Source: a virus
Virus record (IMG/VR): IMGVR_UViG_3300010375_000001
Location: 10,022-74,021 of that record
Direction: 5' to 3' (one strand)
DNA length: 64,000 nucleotides
The notes under the pieces were generated by a model, which saw only the letters and a list, made by a program, of their open reading frames with translations, ran no database searches and was not told the DNA's origin. A program made the position numbers and the translations under genes. Below, piece by piece: positions 18,858-29,266 of this stretch (within the stretch, counting starts at the first letter, position 1; every line of letters begins with the position of its first letter).

Positions 18858-20024
18858 TTAATTTTCATCGTTGTTGCTATCGGTGGCATTGGCCGACTTC
18901 AGCTCTTGCAATTGCTGCTTGGACTTGTGTTCCTTACGCACGTTCCACAGTTGATAAGTCTTTGGCAGAACAGATACTCCCTCTTTCTCTTCTTCGGTAA
19001 CTTTCGCCGGAGTCACATCCATCTTAAAGGTATATCTTGAGCCCAGCAGCGTCGTATTGACTTTCTCCCCAACCGCCTCTATAGCTGTCTTTCCAAGCGT
19101 GTTGGCTAAAAATTTAAATTTAGGTTTCCCAGGGGATGGCTCCGGCATCTCTTGCACTAAATCAAGAAACAGCTTCTTGTGTTTTTCATGGTTAAACACC
19201 AGATATCCATCGCCATTATGAGTCGTCGCCAATCCATATTCCAATTGGAGATAGATTTTCGGGTTCTGCTGAAAATATTTGCCAAAAGTGATAGTGTAGC
19301 TCGCCGCCGCAACCGTCTTGCCCTTTGCTCTTAAATCGACTCGTTTGATAAGTTTATCCGGAATCTGGACCTCGATAAGAAGGTCGTAATCGATCATCTC
19401 AACAGAGGCGGGAATGACCGGGTCCATCAAGTCGAGAAGTTTAGTATAATCGTCATACGTAAACTCCAGTTTTCTCCGGGGGACAGGCTCGTCGTCACTG
19501 AACGAAGACTCTCCTTCATCATCTGAAAGGAAGGTGACAATCGGCGGCTCTTTCGCCTCTAAAGTTTGCGGGTGAACACCATTGGATTTCGTCATACTTG
19601 GCTCACCTTTAGTATTCACGGAACTCTCAAAATCCGCTACATCGGCAACGGTTTCCACTACCGCAGGCAGAGTAAGTTGAATGGATTTAGCCAACATGTC
19701 CACCTGAGCCAAAAATCTTTTCTGTGAAGTTTCTGTCATTTTCGCAGTACTGGGTAGAGCAATATGAAGCGGGTTCGGGATGTGTTCAGCAATTAACATT
19801 AGTTTCTTCAATAAGTCAAGATATTTTTTTTCCGCTTGCGCCTTTCTTCCCAATTCCACTTCGATCAACGCTTGCAAATAATTTGGCTTTTGGCCATACC
19901 GCAAGCTCATCGTGCCATACTTCTCTGAATGCAAACCGATCCAGTATCGATTATCCTCACTGACGAAGACGTGTCTATACTTTTCACGTTGCAGCTCTTC
20001 TACAAGTTGTTCCTGAAATTTCAT
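18858..20024 (-). CDS. Hypothetical protein
   Basis: 388 aa ORF downstream of repressor. Confidence 0.6.
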   Translation of the reverse strand: MKFQEQLVEELQREKYRHVFVSEDNRYWIGLHSEKYGTMSLRYGQKPNYLQALIEVELGRKAQAEKKYLDLLKKLMLIAEHIPNPLHIALPSTAKMTETSQKRFLAQVDMLAKSIQLTLPAVVETVADVADFESSVNTKGEPSMTKSNGVHPQTLEAKEPPIVTFLSDDEGESSFSDDEPVPRRKLEFTYDDYTKLLDLMDPVIPASVEMIDYDLLIEVQIPDKLIKRVDLRAKGKTVAAASYTITFGKYFQQNPKIYLQLEYGLATTHNGDGYLVFNHEKHKKLFLDLVQEMPEPSPGKPKFKFLANTLGKTAIEAVGEKVNTTLLGSRYTFKMDVTPAKVTEEEKEGVSVLPKTYQLWNVRKEHKSKQQLQELKSANATDSNNDEN

Positions 20025-20149
20025 TATAATAATTTTTCATTCTGTACCGAAAGCGTTATTTTTATCTTCCCACGGTTACTCTCGTCTCCACTTAAATCTC
20101 CCGCTCATGATCAGCCCCTTGCGTAAAAAAAAACGTAAAACAAAATCCG

Positions 20150-20581
20150 CTATAATAAAGGCTTCCACTCGTTTAGCAGCCGTGCAGCTTCCTTTGTCAT
20201 TCGACTGGTTAAATCCTCCAACTCCTGCTTCCCCGAAGTAGTAATGCCCATAATTTTCTTTTGTTCGCTTTTCATATAAGCAATCTCCTCAAACAGCACG
20301 ATGAGCGCTCCCTCAAACCGGCAACTCCTTTCTACGTGATCCCGGAACAATGTTTTTAGATTTGGAATTGAAATATCTTTCGTCCCCGTGAGGATTAAAG
20401 CGAACTTGGTTCGGAATCGCGTTAATACTTTTTTCGGTACCGGCTTGCCTTCTCTTTCATCTTTCAGCAGCATGCTCAGATAATTCCGGTGAATTTCTAT
20501 CTCATCTGCAATCTGAGCTTGGGTCTTACCGGTAGCCACAACTTTGGCGATTCCATCCCCGAAGGGTAGTTTCTTTTTCAT
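20150..20581 (-). CDS. XRE-HTH repressor (CI-like, no peptidase domain)
   Basis: TQAQIADEIEIHRNYLSML; divergent from Cro-like gene. Confidence 0.65.
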   Translation of the reverse strand: MKKKLPFGDGIAKVVATGKTQAQIADEIEIHRNYLSMLLKDEREGKPVPKKVLTRFRTKFALILTGTKDISIPNLKTLFRDHVERSCRFEGALIVLFEEIAYMKSEQKKIMGITTSGKQELEDLTSRMTKEAARLLNEWKPLL

Positions 20582-20653
20582 TCCATTAATGTTTCGTGAT
20601 TATTGTTTACTTTTTTTCAGCGCTAAAGCGGGAATCCTTGCGCTATCTCTAAA

Positions 20654-20697
20654 TATAAATTTTTATACTGTCGGTATAAAATTTTATACTAGGTTTG
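20654..20697. promoter_or_regulatory. Switch operator palindromes plus rightward -7 box
   Basis: TTTTATAC-N5-GTATAAAA (20661-20681), GTATAAAATTTTATAC (20674-20689), TAGGTTTG (20690-20697). Confidence 0.6.
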
Positions 20698-20747
20698 TAC
20701 TATCCCCTGCAATATAGACTGTACAACGAACAGTACAAAATTTTTTC

Positions 20748-21008
20748 ATGAAAACTTTCAAAAGTCGGCATGAGCACCTGTCTGCCGAAGAGATGCGTAT
20801 TCTCCAGGCTATCAACCAGGGGTATGGCAACTTCACGGGCAATGCTATGGAGGTGGGACTACACAAAAACACTTATCGATACATCCTTCGACGAGGGTCG
20901 GGTAGGCGTGAGAACATCCAGAAAATCAGAGCAGTATTGTTAAAGCATCCTCAATATGAAAGTGATCCATCTGAACAGAGCCAAGATCCAGCAGGATCGG
21001 AAAGTTGA
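20748..21008 (+). CDS. Cro-like small HTH protein
   Basis: AMEVGLHKNTYRYIL; divergent from the repressor. Confidence 0.55.
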   Translation: MKTFKSRHEHLSAEEMRILQAINQGYGNFTGNAMEVGLHKNTYRYILRRGSGRRENIQKIRAVLLKHPQYESDPSEQSQDPAGSES

Positions 21009-21106
21009 TGAGCTCGCCGACCAGCTGCGGAGCCGATTGAGGGCGCAGGCGAGGCGTCGCGTACAACAATATTTGCAGCCCAACGAACCAATACAACGTA
21101 CAACAT

Positions 21107-21379
21107 ATGGTACAACACACGAGACAATTTGATTTTGCCTGGAACGGGCTGTTCGTTTATTGCACAGCGACCCTTTATCCTGACGGCTCTCTCCAAAAGA
21201 TCGACGTCGATTATGTCATCGAAGGAATAAAAGAGTGGCGATGGTTATTGGAAGAAACGAATAGCCCTGTCGTGCGACTCGTTCGCATGAAAATGATGGC
21301 GCAAATCAAATTGACAGCTGCCAAAATGATTGCTTCGATTATCTCCCCTGCGTTCGATACCTACGAATTTACTTTTTAA
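21107..21379 (+). CDS. Hypothetical protein
   Basis: ORF in rightward operon. Confidence 0.5.
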   Translation: MVQHTRQFDFAWNGLFVYCTATLYPDGSLQKIDVDYVIEGIKEWRWLLEETNSPVVRLVRMKMMAQIKLTAAKMIASIISPAFDTYEFTF

Positions 21380-21395
21380 ATCAATACTCTTCTTT

Positions 21396-22061
21396 ATGTC
21401 TACAGCGCCCGCCATTCAAAGCAATGGTGTCTTAGAAAATCTTGTCCTTGCTGGCGACCTCAGCAAGATGACTGATCAGCAGAAGGTCGTTTATTACAAA
21501 CAATTCTGCGATAGCCTCGGAGTGAACCCGCTGACGCAACCCTTTCGGATCATGAAGTTCCAAGGTAAGGAGATCATGTATGCGACGAAAGATGCGACCG
21601 ATCAACTGCGGAAGCGGGATGGCATTAGCATCACCGACGCAACAACCGAGCGGATAGAAGATGTCCTCTTCGTTACCGTGAAGGGAAAGAATAAAGATGG
21701 ACGCACCGATGTCGAGGTCGGTGCTGTGTACGTCGGTGGCCTAAAGGGTGAACCACTCGCCAACGCGCACATGAAGGCGCTGACGAAGAGCAAGCGCCGG
21801 TTGACATTGTCGATCGTAGGGCTGGGCATGCCGGATGAATCGGAAATCGAAACAATCGACGTCAACGCCGTTACGGTGGACTTTCCCGAAGCAGCGAAGC
21901 GCACCGTATCAGAGGGCGCCTTCGGCAGCGCAGTAGAGCGGGTCAAAGCGGGTGAAATTGATTTGATCAATAAGATGCGCACAGAATTCCGCTTAACCGA
22001 TCAGCAGCTGGCCACTCTGGTGAAGCTCGAAGACCAAAACATTATTAAGCATGACGCCTAG
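21396..22061 (+). CDS. Single-strand annealing recombinase (RecT/Bet-like)
   Basis: LGVNPL...MKALTKSKRR...GLGMPDESE pattern. Confidence 0.65.
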   Translation: MSTAPAIQSNGVLENLVLAGDLSKMTDQQKVVYYKQFCDSLGVNPLTQPFRIMKFQGKEIMYATKDATDQLRKRDGISITDATTERIEDVLFVTVKGKNKDGRTDVEVGAVYVGGLKGEPLANAHMKALTKSKRRLTLSIVGLGMPDESEIETIDVNAVTVDFPEAAKRTVSEGAFGSAVERVKAGEIDLINKMRTEFRLTDQQLATLVKLEDQNIIKHDA

Positions 22062-22139
22062 AGAACAAGAGGGCTGCTTTTTTATGTCCATTGCCTTTTT
22101 CGCAGCGGTACTTATCACATTAATCTTACATCTTTTATT

Positions 22140-22349
22140 ATGAACGAAGTATTTGAAATGGAGATCCATGGCCGGGTTATTCGTGGTGACCGCGCTCTCA
22201 TGGACAGATTGATCGAGCACTATACGCCGAGGCTCTATATTATCAAACCAAGTAAAATGAACGACCATGCAGCATTTAGTCAAGCACCGGCCACAGCATT
22301 GCCGGCTGGCGACGGGGGAAGAATTGAAGGGGGAAGTGCCGACCATTGA
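22140..22349 (+). CDS. Hypothetical protein
   Basis: ORF in operon. Confidence 0.4.
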   Translation: MNEVFEMEIHGRVIRGDRALMDRLIEHYTPRLYIIKPSKMNDHAAFSQAPATALPAGDGGRIEGGSADH

Positions 22350-22615
22350 TCAGCGCCTAGAATATCTCTTCGGCCTCGACATCCCGCACGAGCTATCCCA
22401 TAGGGAAAACGTCATGGAGATGATCTTTCCGTCCGACCGGTCACTTCAAACAGGCGACGAGCTTGTCAACGAGTATGACAAGTCTGTGATTGTCACAGAG
22501 ATCTTAGAACGTCGAAAGGCTAGGGGCGACTGGGGGAAGAATCCTTACGATACCGCGCCCGACTTTGTCCGGGTTCAATTCTTTTAAACACACACGTCAC
22601 AAGGTTTCACGTGAA

Positions 22616-23161
22616 ATGTACAATGATACAATGAACAGTACAAAAGATGGATGGAAAGCGCAGTATAAGCGGCTGTATCAAGAGCACCGGAAACGAAACT
22701 ATCCCATGGGTTACCGGGACTTCCCCGACATGGAGCCGAAAATGCCCAGCGAAAAAAAAGCGAACGGCCTAACCCAGCTTATTATTAAGTTCCTGGAGTG
22801 GAGTGGTCACTATGCCAATCGCATCAGCACCCAAGGGCAGGCTAGGATACACAAGATTCCAAAGTATAATCTTTCCTCCGAAACCATTCAATATAGCCAG
22901 TCGGTGCAATGGACGAAAGGAAACACGAAGAAGGGCACTCCGGATATCAGCGCCGTTATTTATGGGATGTCCGTTTGGATAGAGGTCAAGGTAGGCAAAG
23001 ACAAGATGAGTGAGGCCCAAGTAGAACAAAAGCAAAAGCTCCAACAGGCTGGCGCGTATTATTTCGTGGCCCATGACATGCAGAGCTTTTGCGATTGGTA
23101 CTATCAACTTATAGAACCGAAAGACCCAGACAGATATACGACGCTAGAAGGTTACGAATAA
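22616..23161 (+). CDS. VRR-NUC (PD-(D/E)xK) nuclease
   Basis: KGTPDI...WIEVK..KDKMSEAQ; start uncertain. Confidence 0.8.
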   Translation: MYNDTMNSTKDGWKAQYKRLYQEHRKRNYPMGYRDFPDMEPKMPSEKKANGLTQLIIKFLEWSGHYANRISTQGQARIHKIPKYNLSSETIQYSQSVQWTKGNTKKGTPDISAVIYGMSVWIEVKVGKDKMSEAQVEQKQKLQQAGAYYFVAHDMQSFCDWYYQLIEPKDPDRYTTLEGYE

Positions 23162-23188
23162 CATTGACTAACTCATCTCTACATACAT

Positions 23189-25627
23189 ATGCACGATTCT
23201 CTCAGCGCCGTCTGGCAAGAAGTCACCGACTTGCTCGCGGCTGGGGTCTCGATTATCCCCGTCAGAGACAGAGAGCAGGACGGAAAGCCGCCGAAGACGC
23301 CCTACTTCCAATGGAAGCAATTCCAGGAGCGCATCATTCAGCCCGACGAGCTATGGCACGCTATGGAAGTCTACAATACATCAGCCGTCGCTATCGTTTG
23401 CGGGCGGGTCTCTGGCAACTTAGAAGCTATCGATATCGATGTAAAGAATTGGCCCGGCATCGACGCTATATTGTTTGCTCTAATAAAGGACCTATATCCC
23501 GATATCTGGAGCGGTTTCAGAATTCATGCGACGCCTTCTGGTGGCTTCCATTTACTTTACCGAACGGGAAATCCTACTGGAGTTGGAAATCTCAAGCTCG
23601 CAACAAAAGAAGATTGCAAAGAGGCCGGGATTGAAACAAGAGGAGAAGGCGGCTATATTGTAGCTCCGCCGTCATTGGGCTATACGATTTATCAAAATAA
23701 TCCGATTCCTACGATAACTAACGAGCAGCGGGAGAGCCTGATCAATCTCTGTCGCAGCCTAAACCAAAAGATCAAGATTGACAAGCCGGATGGAGTCAAA
23801 TCAGAGGACCACTACTACGATGAAAACCCTTTTGTTCATTATAATGGCAGTGGAGCAGGTGAAACGGTGCTCTTGGACCATGGATGGACGAAAGCAAAAA
23901 GCGGCAACAGTCACTATCACTATTTTACCCGTCCTGGGAAAGCAAAAGGGATTTCCGCAAGCTTCAACCGGCAGACCAGGTTATATTTCATCTTTACTTC
24001 TTCGACGGAATTCGAGCCCGCCACCGGTTACAATCCAGCGACCGTCCTTGCTAAACTTCAGTTCGGTGGGGACAAAAAAGCGGCCTATCAGTACTTGGTC
24101 AGTAATGGCTATGGCAAGATTAAGCCGGGGATCGAAAGAAAGCTCGTTCAGCGCGCTAAGGAGTTGCCTCCTAACGCGAGTCCCGAAGCGAAGGTGCTTT
24201 ATCTGGAGACGCGGTCGCAGCAAGACAGGCAGTACCCACACGGCACCTATTGGGACGTCTCGGACAAAGGGGTGGTCACGATCAACCGGGAAAAGCTTTA
24301 TTATGTCTCGGAAAAGATCGGCTATCGCTTGTACAAAGACCGGCTGGTATTGCAGGAAGGATACAAGGTATCCGAACGATCCGAGCGCGAGTATTACGAT
24401 CATGTTAAGCAGTATATCGGTCGTGATGAGGCGGTACAGAACGCGTTCGAGGCTTTCATTCAGCGCGCCGGCAATTTTACCATCACGAGATTGCCCCTGC
24501 TAGGCGATGACCAGATACTGCGCAGTACAAAAACGGTGGGGTATAAATTCTTTTCAGATGGCTATGTCACGATTTCGGCGACGGATATCACAACCCATTC
24601 CTACGATGATCTCAACGGCCGGCTGATCTGGAAGGCGCAGATCTGTGAGCGACCGTTTACATTGCTGGAGCAGATCGATCCGCAAGGCCTGTATTATGAA
24701 TTCCTGTCCCTGGCGGTAAGTATCTCCAGCTATCTTTGGCGAATCATTGGCTACCTGACACACGAATACAAGGATGAGAGCCAGGCCTATATCATTGTGC
24801 TGATTGAACAATGTCCTGATCCCAAGCAGGGCGGGGGCACCGGGAAGAACCTTTTCGTCAACCTGCTAGGCCATACGACTACGCTCAAAAATGTGTCCGG
24901 CGCCCAGGTGCAGCTGAACGAAAAATTCCTCCAGGTCTGGAACTACGAGCGGGTCTTTGCGATCAATGATATTCCTCGGAAGTTCAACTTTGGCTTCTTA
25001 AAGGAACCAGCTGGAGGATCGGCCACGCTAAAGAAGTTGTTTAAGGATGAACGAACGATACCCGTCCACGAGATGCCCAAGTTTATTCTCTCCAGCAACT
25101 ATTCCTTCGATGCTTCCGATGGCGGCTTGAAGCGCCGAATCATCCCGCTGGAGTTTTCTCCTTTCTTCACGCGCGTAGGCGGCGTGGATGTCCACTTCGG
25201 AAAGCTCTTCCCCTACGAATGGTCAGCCGAGGACTGGCTCCAGTACGATAACATCATCGTCCGGTCGATTCAGCATTACCTCAAAGGCGGCGGGAAGCTC
25301 TTCCCGATGCCGCTTACGGAAGATGGCTGGCTAAAGCAATTCGACATGATCCATATGCAGCTGACGCGAGAGTTTATTCAGCAGCACTGGGACACCTGGC
25401 TGCAACTCCGTTTCGTCAGCAATGAAGTCTTCAAGGAGCACTACGGAAAGTTTTGTGTCGCTAACAACATTAATTTCAAGTTTCAGCTCTCCAGTGCGCG
25501 GATGACCTACGCACTGGAAGACTGGTGTGCGCACTACAAGGTAAAGTTTACCAGAGATCACTCCATCCGGGAGCTATTGGATACCCAACGGGGGCGGCTA
25601 TTCGAATACGAGAAGGCGCCGTTTTAA
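23189..25627 (+). CDS. Bifunctional primase-polymerase fused to SF3/D5-like helicase
   Basis: IDIDVK, TPSGGFH, ETRGEGGYIVAPPS; Walker A GGGTGKN. Confidence 0.88.
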   Translation: MHDSLSAVWQEVTDLLAAGVSIIPVRDREQDGKPPKTPYFQWKQFQERIIQPDELWHAMEVYNTSAVAIVCGRVSGNLEAIDIDVKNWPGIDAILFALIKDLYPDIWSGFRIHATPSGGFHLLYRTGNPTGVGNLKLATKEDCKEAGIETRGEGGYIVAPPSLGYTIYQNNPIPTITNEQRESLINLCRSLNQKIKIDKPDGVKSEDHYYDENPFVHYNGSGAGETVLLDHGWTKAKSGNSHYHYFTRPGKAKGISASFNRQTRLYFIFTSSTEFEPATGYNPATVLAKLQFGGDKKAAYQYLVSNGYGKIKPGIERKLVQRAKELPPNASPEAKVLYLETRSQQDRQYPHGTYWDVSDKGVVTINREKLYYVSEKIGYRLYKDRLVLQEGYKVSERSEREYYDHVKQYIGRDEAVQNAFEAFIQRAGNFTITRLPLLGDDQILRSTKTVGYKFFSDGYVTISATDITTHSYDDLNGRLIWKAQICERPFTLLEQIDPQGLYYEFLSLAVSISSYLWRIIGYLTHEYKDESQAYIIVLIEQCPDPKQGGGTGKNLFVNLLGHTTTLKNVSGAQVQLNEKFLQVWNYERVFAINDIPRKFNFGFLKEPAGGSATLKKLFKDERTIPVHEMPKFILSSNYSFDASDGGLKRRIIPLEFSPFFTRVGGVDVHFGKLFPYEWSAEDWLQYDNIIVRSIQHYLKGGGKLFPMPLTEDGWLKQFDMIHMQLTREFIQQHWDTWLQLRFVSNEVFKEHYGKFCVANNINFKFQLSSARMTYALEDWCAHYKVKFTRDHSIRELLDTQRGRLFEYEKAPF

Positions 25628-25873
25628 AAGAAACGGGCCTACCGAAAAATAAAAAGCCAGCCCAAAAGCTGTCTTTATTACCGACCAGGGACACCCCAAT
25701 CCGCAAATCCAGCCCTCTTCTTTGGCGATCAGGATGCCTTGATCAGGACGTGCGCCACGATCACAGTCCTGGTAGCTGCAACAGGTAAACGGGTGTACGT
25801 AGCCCGATTGCTGATACTCGTTTAGCGCCTTCACCTGCTCAGGTGTAAACGGCGCATGGATTTTAGAGCTCAT
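25598..25873 (-). CDS. Small Cys/His protein
   Basis: HPFTC...C motif; first gene of the convergent operon. Confidence 0.5.
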   Translation of the reverse strand: MSSKIHAPFTPEQVKALNEYQQSGYVHPFTCCSYQDCDRGARPDQGILIAKEEGWICGLGCPWSVIKTAFGLAFYFSVGPFLLKRRLLVFE

Positions 25874-25876
25874 ATA

Positions 25877-26176
25877 TTACCATTTGAATTTTGCACCTCT
25901 TCGCTTTAACTCCATCGTCGGCAACGGCGGCAGCAGTTTGTCCGGCCTTGTCTTAAGGATTACGCATAACTTCAAAATGTCTTCCAACACCGGCCGTTGC
26001 CTACCTGCCTCAATATTGATAATAGAGATGCGAGACATATCCATTAAGTCGGCGAGATCCTCTTGACGTATATGCAGCCGCTTGCGCGCCGCTCGAACAT
26101 TCTTGCCGAACTGCTCGATGACCTTCGGGTATCTCGTTCCGCTACGCATCGGGCTTCTGGTTTGTCTTTTCGCCAA
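25877..26176 (-). CDS. XRE-family HTH regulator
   Basis: RQEDLADLMDMSRISIINIEAG. Confidence 0.85.
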   Translation of the reverse strand: MAKRQTRSPMRSGTRYPKVIEQFGKNVRAARKRLHIRQEDLADLMDMSRISIINIEAGRQRPVLEDILKLCVILKTRPDKLLPPLPTMELKRRGAKFKW

Positions 26177-26591
26177 AGACGAATGTTGTTAATTTTTTCA
26201 TAACCTCTGGATCGAACGCGTATCCCAGTTTTCGTGCGACGAGGACAACCCTTTTGACGGTTTCTTTAGCAACGCCATGGATGTCCCCTTTTCTAATCTT
26301 GTACACCATACTGGGGCTTACGTTCGCCTTTGCAGCGATAGCGATGGCGCTAACCTCTCTTTTGGGTTTAATGATGATTGGCATTCTTTGGTGGCTAAGA
26401 ACAACCTGCCTCATGAGGGTTAGACAATCGTGCTTATATTCCAATGCATCGGCGGCTTCTACTACTTTTGCCAACAAATCAATAGAATAGATTCGCCACC
26501 CACCGCGTAAAATATGGGATATCGTTTGTGATGTGCAGCCAGCTTTCTCGGCTATCATGGCTTGTGTTGTTTTTTGTTTATCCATATGCAT
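26142..26591 (-). CDS. Tandem LacI-like HTH protein
   Basis: IAEKAGCTSQTISHIL and IAAKANVSPSMVYKI. Confidence 0.7.
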   Translation of the reverse strand: MHMDKQKTTQAMIAEKAGCTSQTISHILRGGWRIYSIDLLAKVVEAADALEYKHDCLTLMRQVVLSHQRMPIIIKPKREVSAIAIAAKANVSPSMVYKIRKGDIHGVAKETVKRVVLVARKLGYAFDPEVMKKLTTFVFGEKTNQKPDA

Positions 26592-27052
26592 TAGATTAAT
26601 TTTAAAGCATGTAGCAACGCCCCTTCGCGGGCGAGTTCGTGCGATGACTCAATGCTTCTTTTGGATTTCCAATCTACTTCCGCTGGCAGCACGGAGTGCT
26701 CAACCTCTTCTCCCAATTGAAAAAGACCATATGTCCAAGTACCATTACTATGTGGGTAGGCCGTTGCCTGTATCCCATGCTTCTCCCGCAACCATCGCTC
26801 CAGCAGATCCTGGGTCGGACACGCAATGATGTACTCCGGAAGGTTGCTGTTGGTTGTGGGGTCTTCTTCCCTCGTGCGCGCCATCGACTCCTTAATGGTA
26901 GTCGGGATGCTCAGCGGCAGCGGTCGGGCAAGCAGATCAAGCACTAGCTTGGCCTCTCCATCCTGCACCCGATAGACGTAGGCGCAGGGCTCATCGAATC
27001 CCTTAGCGCGGGCGAGTTTCGCGGTCTCAAACGTAACGAGTTCTTCTTGCAT
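26591..27052 (-). CDS. Conserved Bacteroidota-phage protein
   Basis: LVTFETAKLARAKGFDEPC...PTQDLLERWLREKH. Confidence 0.6.
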   Translation of the reverse strand: MQEELVTFETAKLARAKGFDEPCAYVYRVQDGEAKLVLDLLARPLPLSIPTTIKESMARTREEDPTTNSNLPEYIIACPTQDLLERWLREKHGIQATAYPHSNGTWTYGLFQLGEEVEHSVLPAEVDWKSKRSIESSHELAREGALLHALKLI

Positions 27053-27053
27053 A

Positions 27054-27419
27054 TCAGTTGGGATGAATGGGTGGCAGCGCTTCGCTCCCCTCAATCTTGC
27101 GTGCGAAGTGGGAGGCAAGCGAGAAGCGGGCGAGGATCTTGTCGATACAGCCCGGATGGTTCCGTAAGTAATCGTAAAACCTGCTGATGTTGCATGCGCC
27201 CGACTCCTCATACATTACTTTCAATTCCTTCATGAATAAGCCAAACACGGCCGGAGTGGAACAGGATGCTGTCTCGTAGAAGGCTAGCTCGCCACCGGTA
27301 ACCCCGATGATGTAGGCGCAATAATACGTCAGGCAGTTGTCACATAACCGATCCTTACCGCGATAGCCAAAGAGGGAGAATATCAACTCTAGCGCTAGCC
27401 TATCATCTTGCTCAATCAT
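27054..27419 (-). CDS. Hypothetical protein
   Basis: Overlapping operon gene. Confidence 0.45.
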   Translation of the reverse strand: MIEQDDRLALELIFSLFGYRGKDRLCDNCLTYYCAYIIGVTGGELAFYETASCSTPAVFGLFMKELKVMYEESGACNISRFYDYLRNHPGCIDKILARFSLASHFARKIEGSEALPPIHPN

Positions 27420-28116
27420 GCGAATACTTTTTACCGTGAGGATAGATGCCCAGCCACTTCTTGATCTTGTACACAAGCATATACCACCACCAATATTTCA
27501 ACATCTTTTGCCCTATCTTGTCGTAGACCACCTTGTCGGCCAGATCCCTTGGCGTCAGTTGCCCCTGCTGCTCGCGATCGCTGTAGCGCCAGATGTTCAC
27601 CGCCATCGCGATCGCGGGGACCTGACGCTCGGCGGCATCCAGCTTCGCTTGTGTCGCTTCTGGCAACGCCAACCAGATCGCCCGTTGCTGACCATCGCTC
27701 AATAGTGCGTAATAGTTGAAACAGCTGGAGTTTCGCAAACCTTCATCTTGGTCACCACTCCGCTTAGGGAAAGCCAGCAGCGTTCGTTCGAACTGTTCGA
27801 GCGAGTAAGGATGCGACCGCAACAGCTCGGGCTCAGCCGGAGGTGGCGGGCCTTCCTTCAGCCGCTGCTGCTCAGCCAGGACTAGTTGGATCGCTTCTTC
27901 CGTATACTTGCCAAAGGCCTTCGTGCACTTATACACTTTGGCAAGCTGCGGGAGCGGCAGCTGCTTCATGAGCCGACCGTACTCTTCGTCAGGCAACAAC
28001 TTGAACCGCTCCGAGAGCTCGATCAGCCGTTCCTTCGGCACCTCGGCGTACTGCGGATCTTTGGTGACGAGGCCGATCACCAATAGAAACTCTTCATAGC
28101 TCATCGTTTCTTTCAT
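27412..28116 (-). CDS. Hypothetical protein
   Basis: ATG 28116 preferred. Confidence 0.5.
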   Translation of the reverse strand: MKETMSYEEFLLVIGLVTKDPQYAEVPKERLIELSERFKLLPDEEYGRLMKQLPLPQLAKVYKCTKAFGKYTEEAIQLVLAEQQRLKEGPPPPAEPELLRSHPYSLEQFERTLLAFPKRSGDQDEGLRNSSCFNYYALLSDGQQRAIWLALPEATQAKLDAAERQVPAIAMAVNIWRYSDREQQGQLTPRDLADKVVYDKIGQKMLKYWWWYMLVYKIKKWLGIYPHGKKYSHD

Positions 28117-28127
28117 ATGATGTGAGT

Positions 28128-28337
28128 TTATTTGTCCTCGTGTTCGATAATCCATAGGTCGGTTACCATTTCTTCCTGGTCGCAGTCCATCGCAGCGATT
28201 TGCCAACCAGCTGCCTCCAGCGTAGCTACTAGGCCATCCAATATTCCTTTGCGATCGGTGCCAAATTTCGTGGCCAGCAGCAGGTTGATGAATCCGATTA
28301 CCAGTTTCGTTCCTTCTTTATCGAGTTGGTAGGTCAT
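28128..28337 (-). CDS. Hypothetical protein
   Basis: ORF in operon. Confidence 0.5.
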   Translation of the reverse strand: MTYQLDKEGTKLVIGFINLLLATKFGTDRKGILDGLVATLEAAGWQIAAMDCDQEEMVTDLWIIEHEDK

Positions 28338-28424
28338 AGCTTAATCTCTAGGTGCCGGCCATCCATATCCCAGCGGTAGCGTTGCTGGAGCTCGTGCAGA
28401 TAATGGATCTCGAATGTCAATCAT
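28334..28424 (-). pseudogene. Internally deleted third paralog of the xHELQ family
   Basis: Starts ATGATTGACATT like 28828; a different frame gives IHYLHELQQRYRW..LEIKL. Confidence 0.55.
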
Positions 28425-28828
28425 ATGTTAAGCTTTAGGGGCTTGCCCACCTGCCACCTATACATTTGTTGTAGCTCGTGGACGTAGCGAAGTTTCTTCA
28501 TGAAGCCTGGGTTGTTTTGTCCGAAGGTGATCTCTCCAGCGCCATAGACCTCCTCCCCGATCGTGGTATCGTCTATCCAAAACTTAACAAAGTACGTATT
28601 GGGACCATTCGTTTCGTTATACCGAATGCCGTTAGGGACCAAATCCGGAAACCAACCTATGTCAAGCACGAACCTCGGCAGGAGCGGCAGCGGCTGGATC
28701 AACTCCGAAGCGGCAAAGCACCATCCTTTTCGGGTGAACACCCGCTCCTGGACGACTCCCTCAACCATCATAGGCGCGCCGTCACGGAGTATCCAGCTGC
28801 CATAGGATAATTCGGTAATGTCAATCAT
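28421..28828 (-). CDS. Phage protein with C-terminal YVHELQ motif
   Basis: LRYVHELQQMYRW. Confidence 0.6.
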   Translation of the reverse strand: MIDITELSYGSWILRDGAPMMVEGVVQERVFTRKGWCFAASELIQPLPLLPRFVLDIGWFPDLVPNGIRYNETNGPNTYFVKFWIDDTTIGEEVYGAGEITFGQNNPGFMKKLRYVHELQQMYRWQVGKPLKLNI

Positions 28829-29196
28829 ACCGGTAAGTGTTTTCTGTGCGTCCAATAGTAGATATTCTGTAGTTCGTGCAGGTATTGAATCGGCTGACCG
28901 CCCTTCGCATCCACCCACTTGATTTGGCCGTCTTCATTGAACACAAGCCAGTCGTCACTATACCGCTTGGGAGCGCAAACCGTCATCCCGGCCATGCTTT
29001 CGCCGGCGATCCAGCCCATCTTCTGCATCAGGTCAATCGTCAGGGGGATACCCTCAGTTTCCTCTACCGAGGGGATATGGTTTTCTCCGGACCTGGTTTC
29101 GATCGTCAGATGGATTGGACCGATTAAGACCAGCTTGACCTGCTCCCCTCTATACAGCAGCAGATTCCCATACATTAAATCATCTAAACAGACCAT
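28825..29196 (-). CDS. Phage protein with C-terminal YLHELQ motif
   Basis: GIPLT...IQYLHELQNIYY; paralog of the neighbour. Confidence 0.6.
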   Translation of the reverse strand: MVCLDDLMYGNLLLYRGEQVKLVLIGPIHLTIETRSGENHIPSVEETEGIPLTIDLMQKMGWIAGESMAGMTVCAPKRYSDDWLVFNEDGQIKWVDAKGGQPIQYLHELQNIYYWTHRKHLPV

Positions 29197-29266
29197 AGGA
29201 TTGCACAATGAATGATACAATGAATAGATACAAGAATAGCACAATTTTAACCAACTACCAAGGGTC

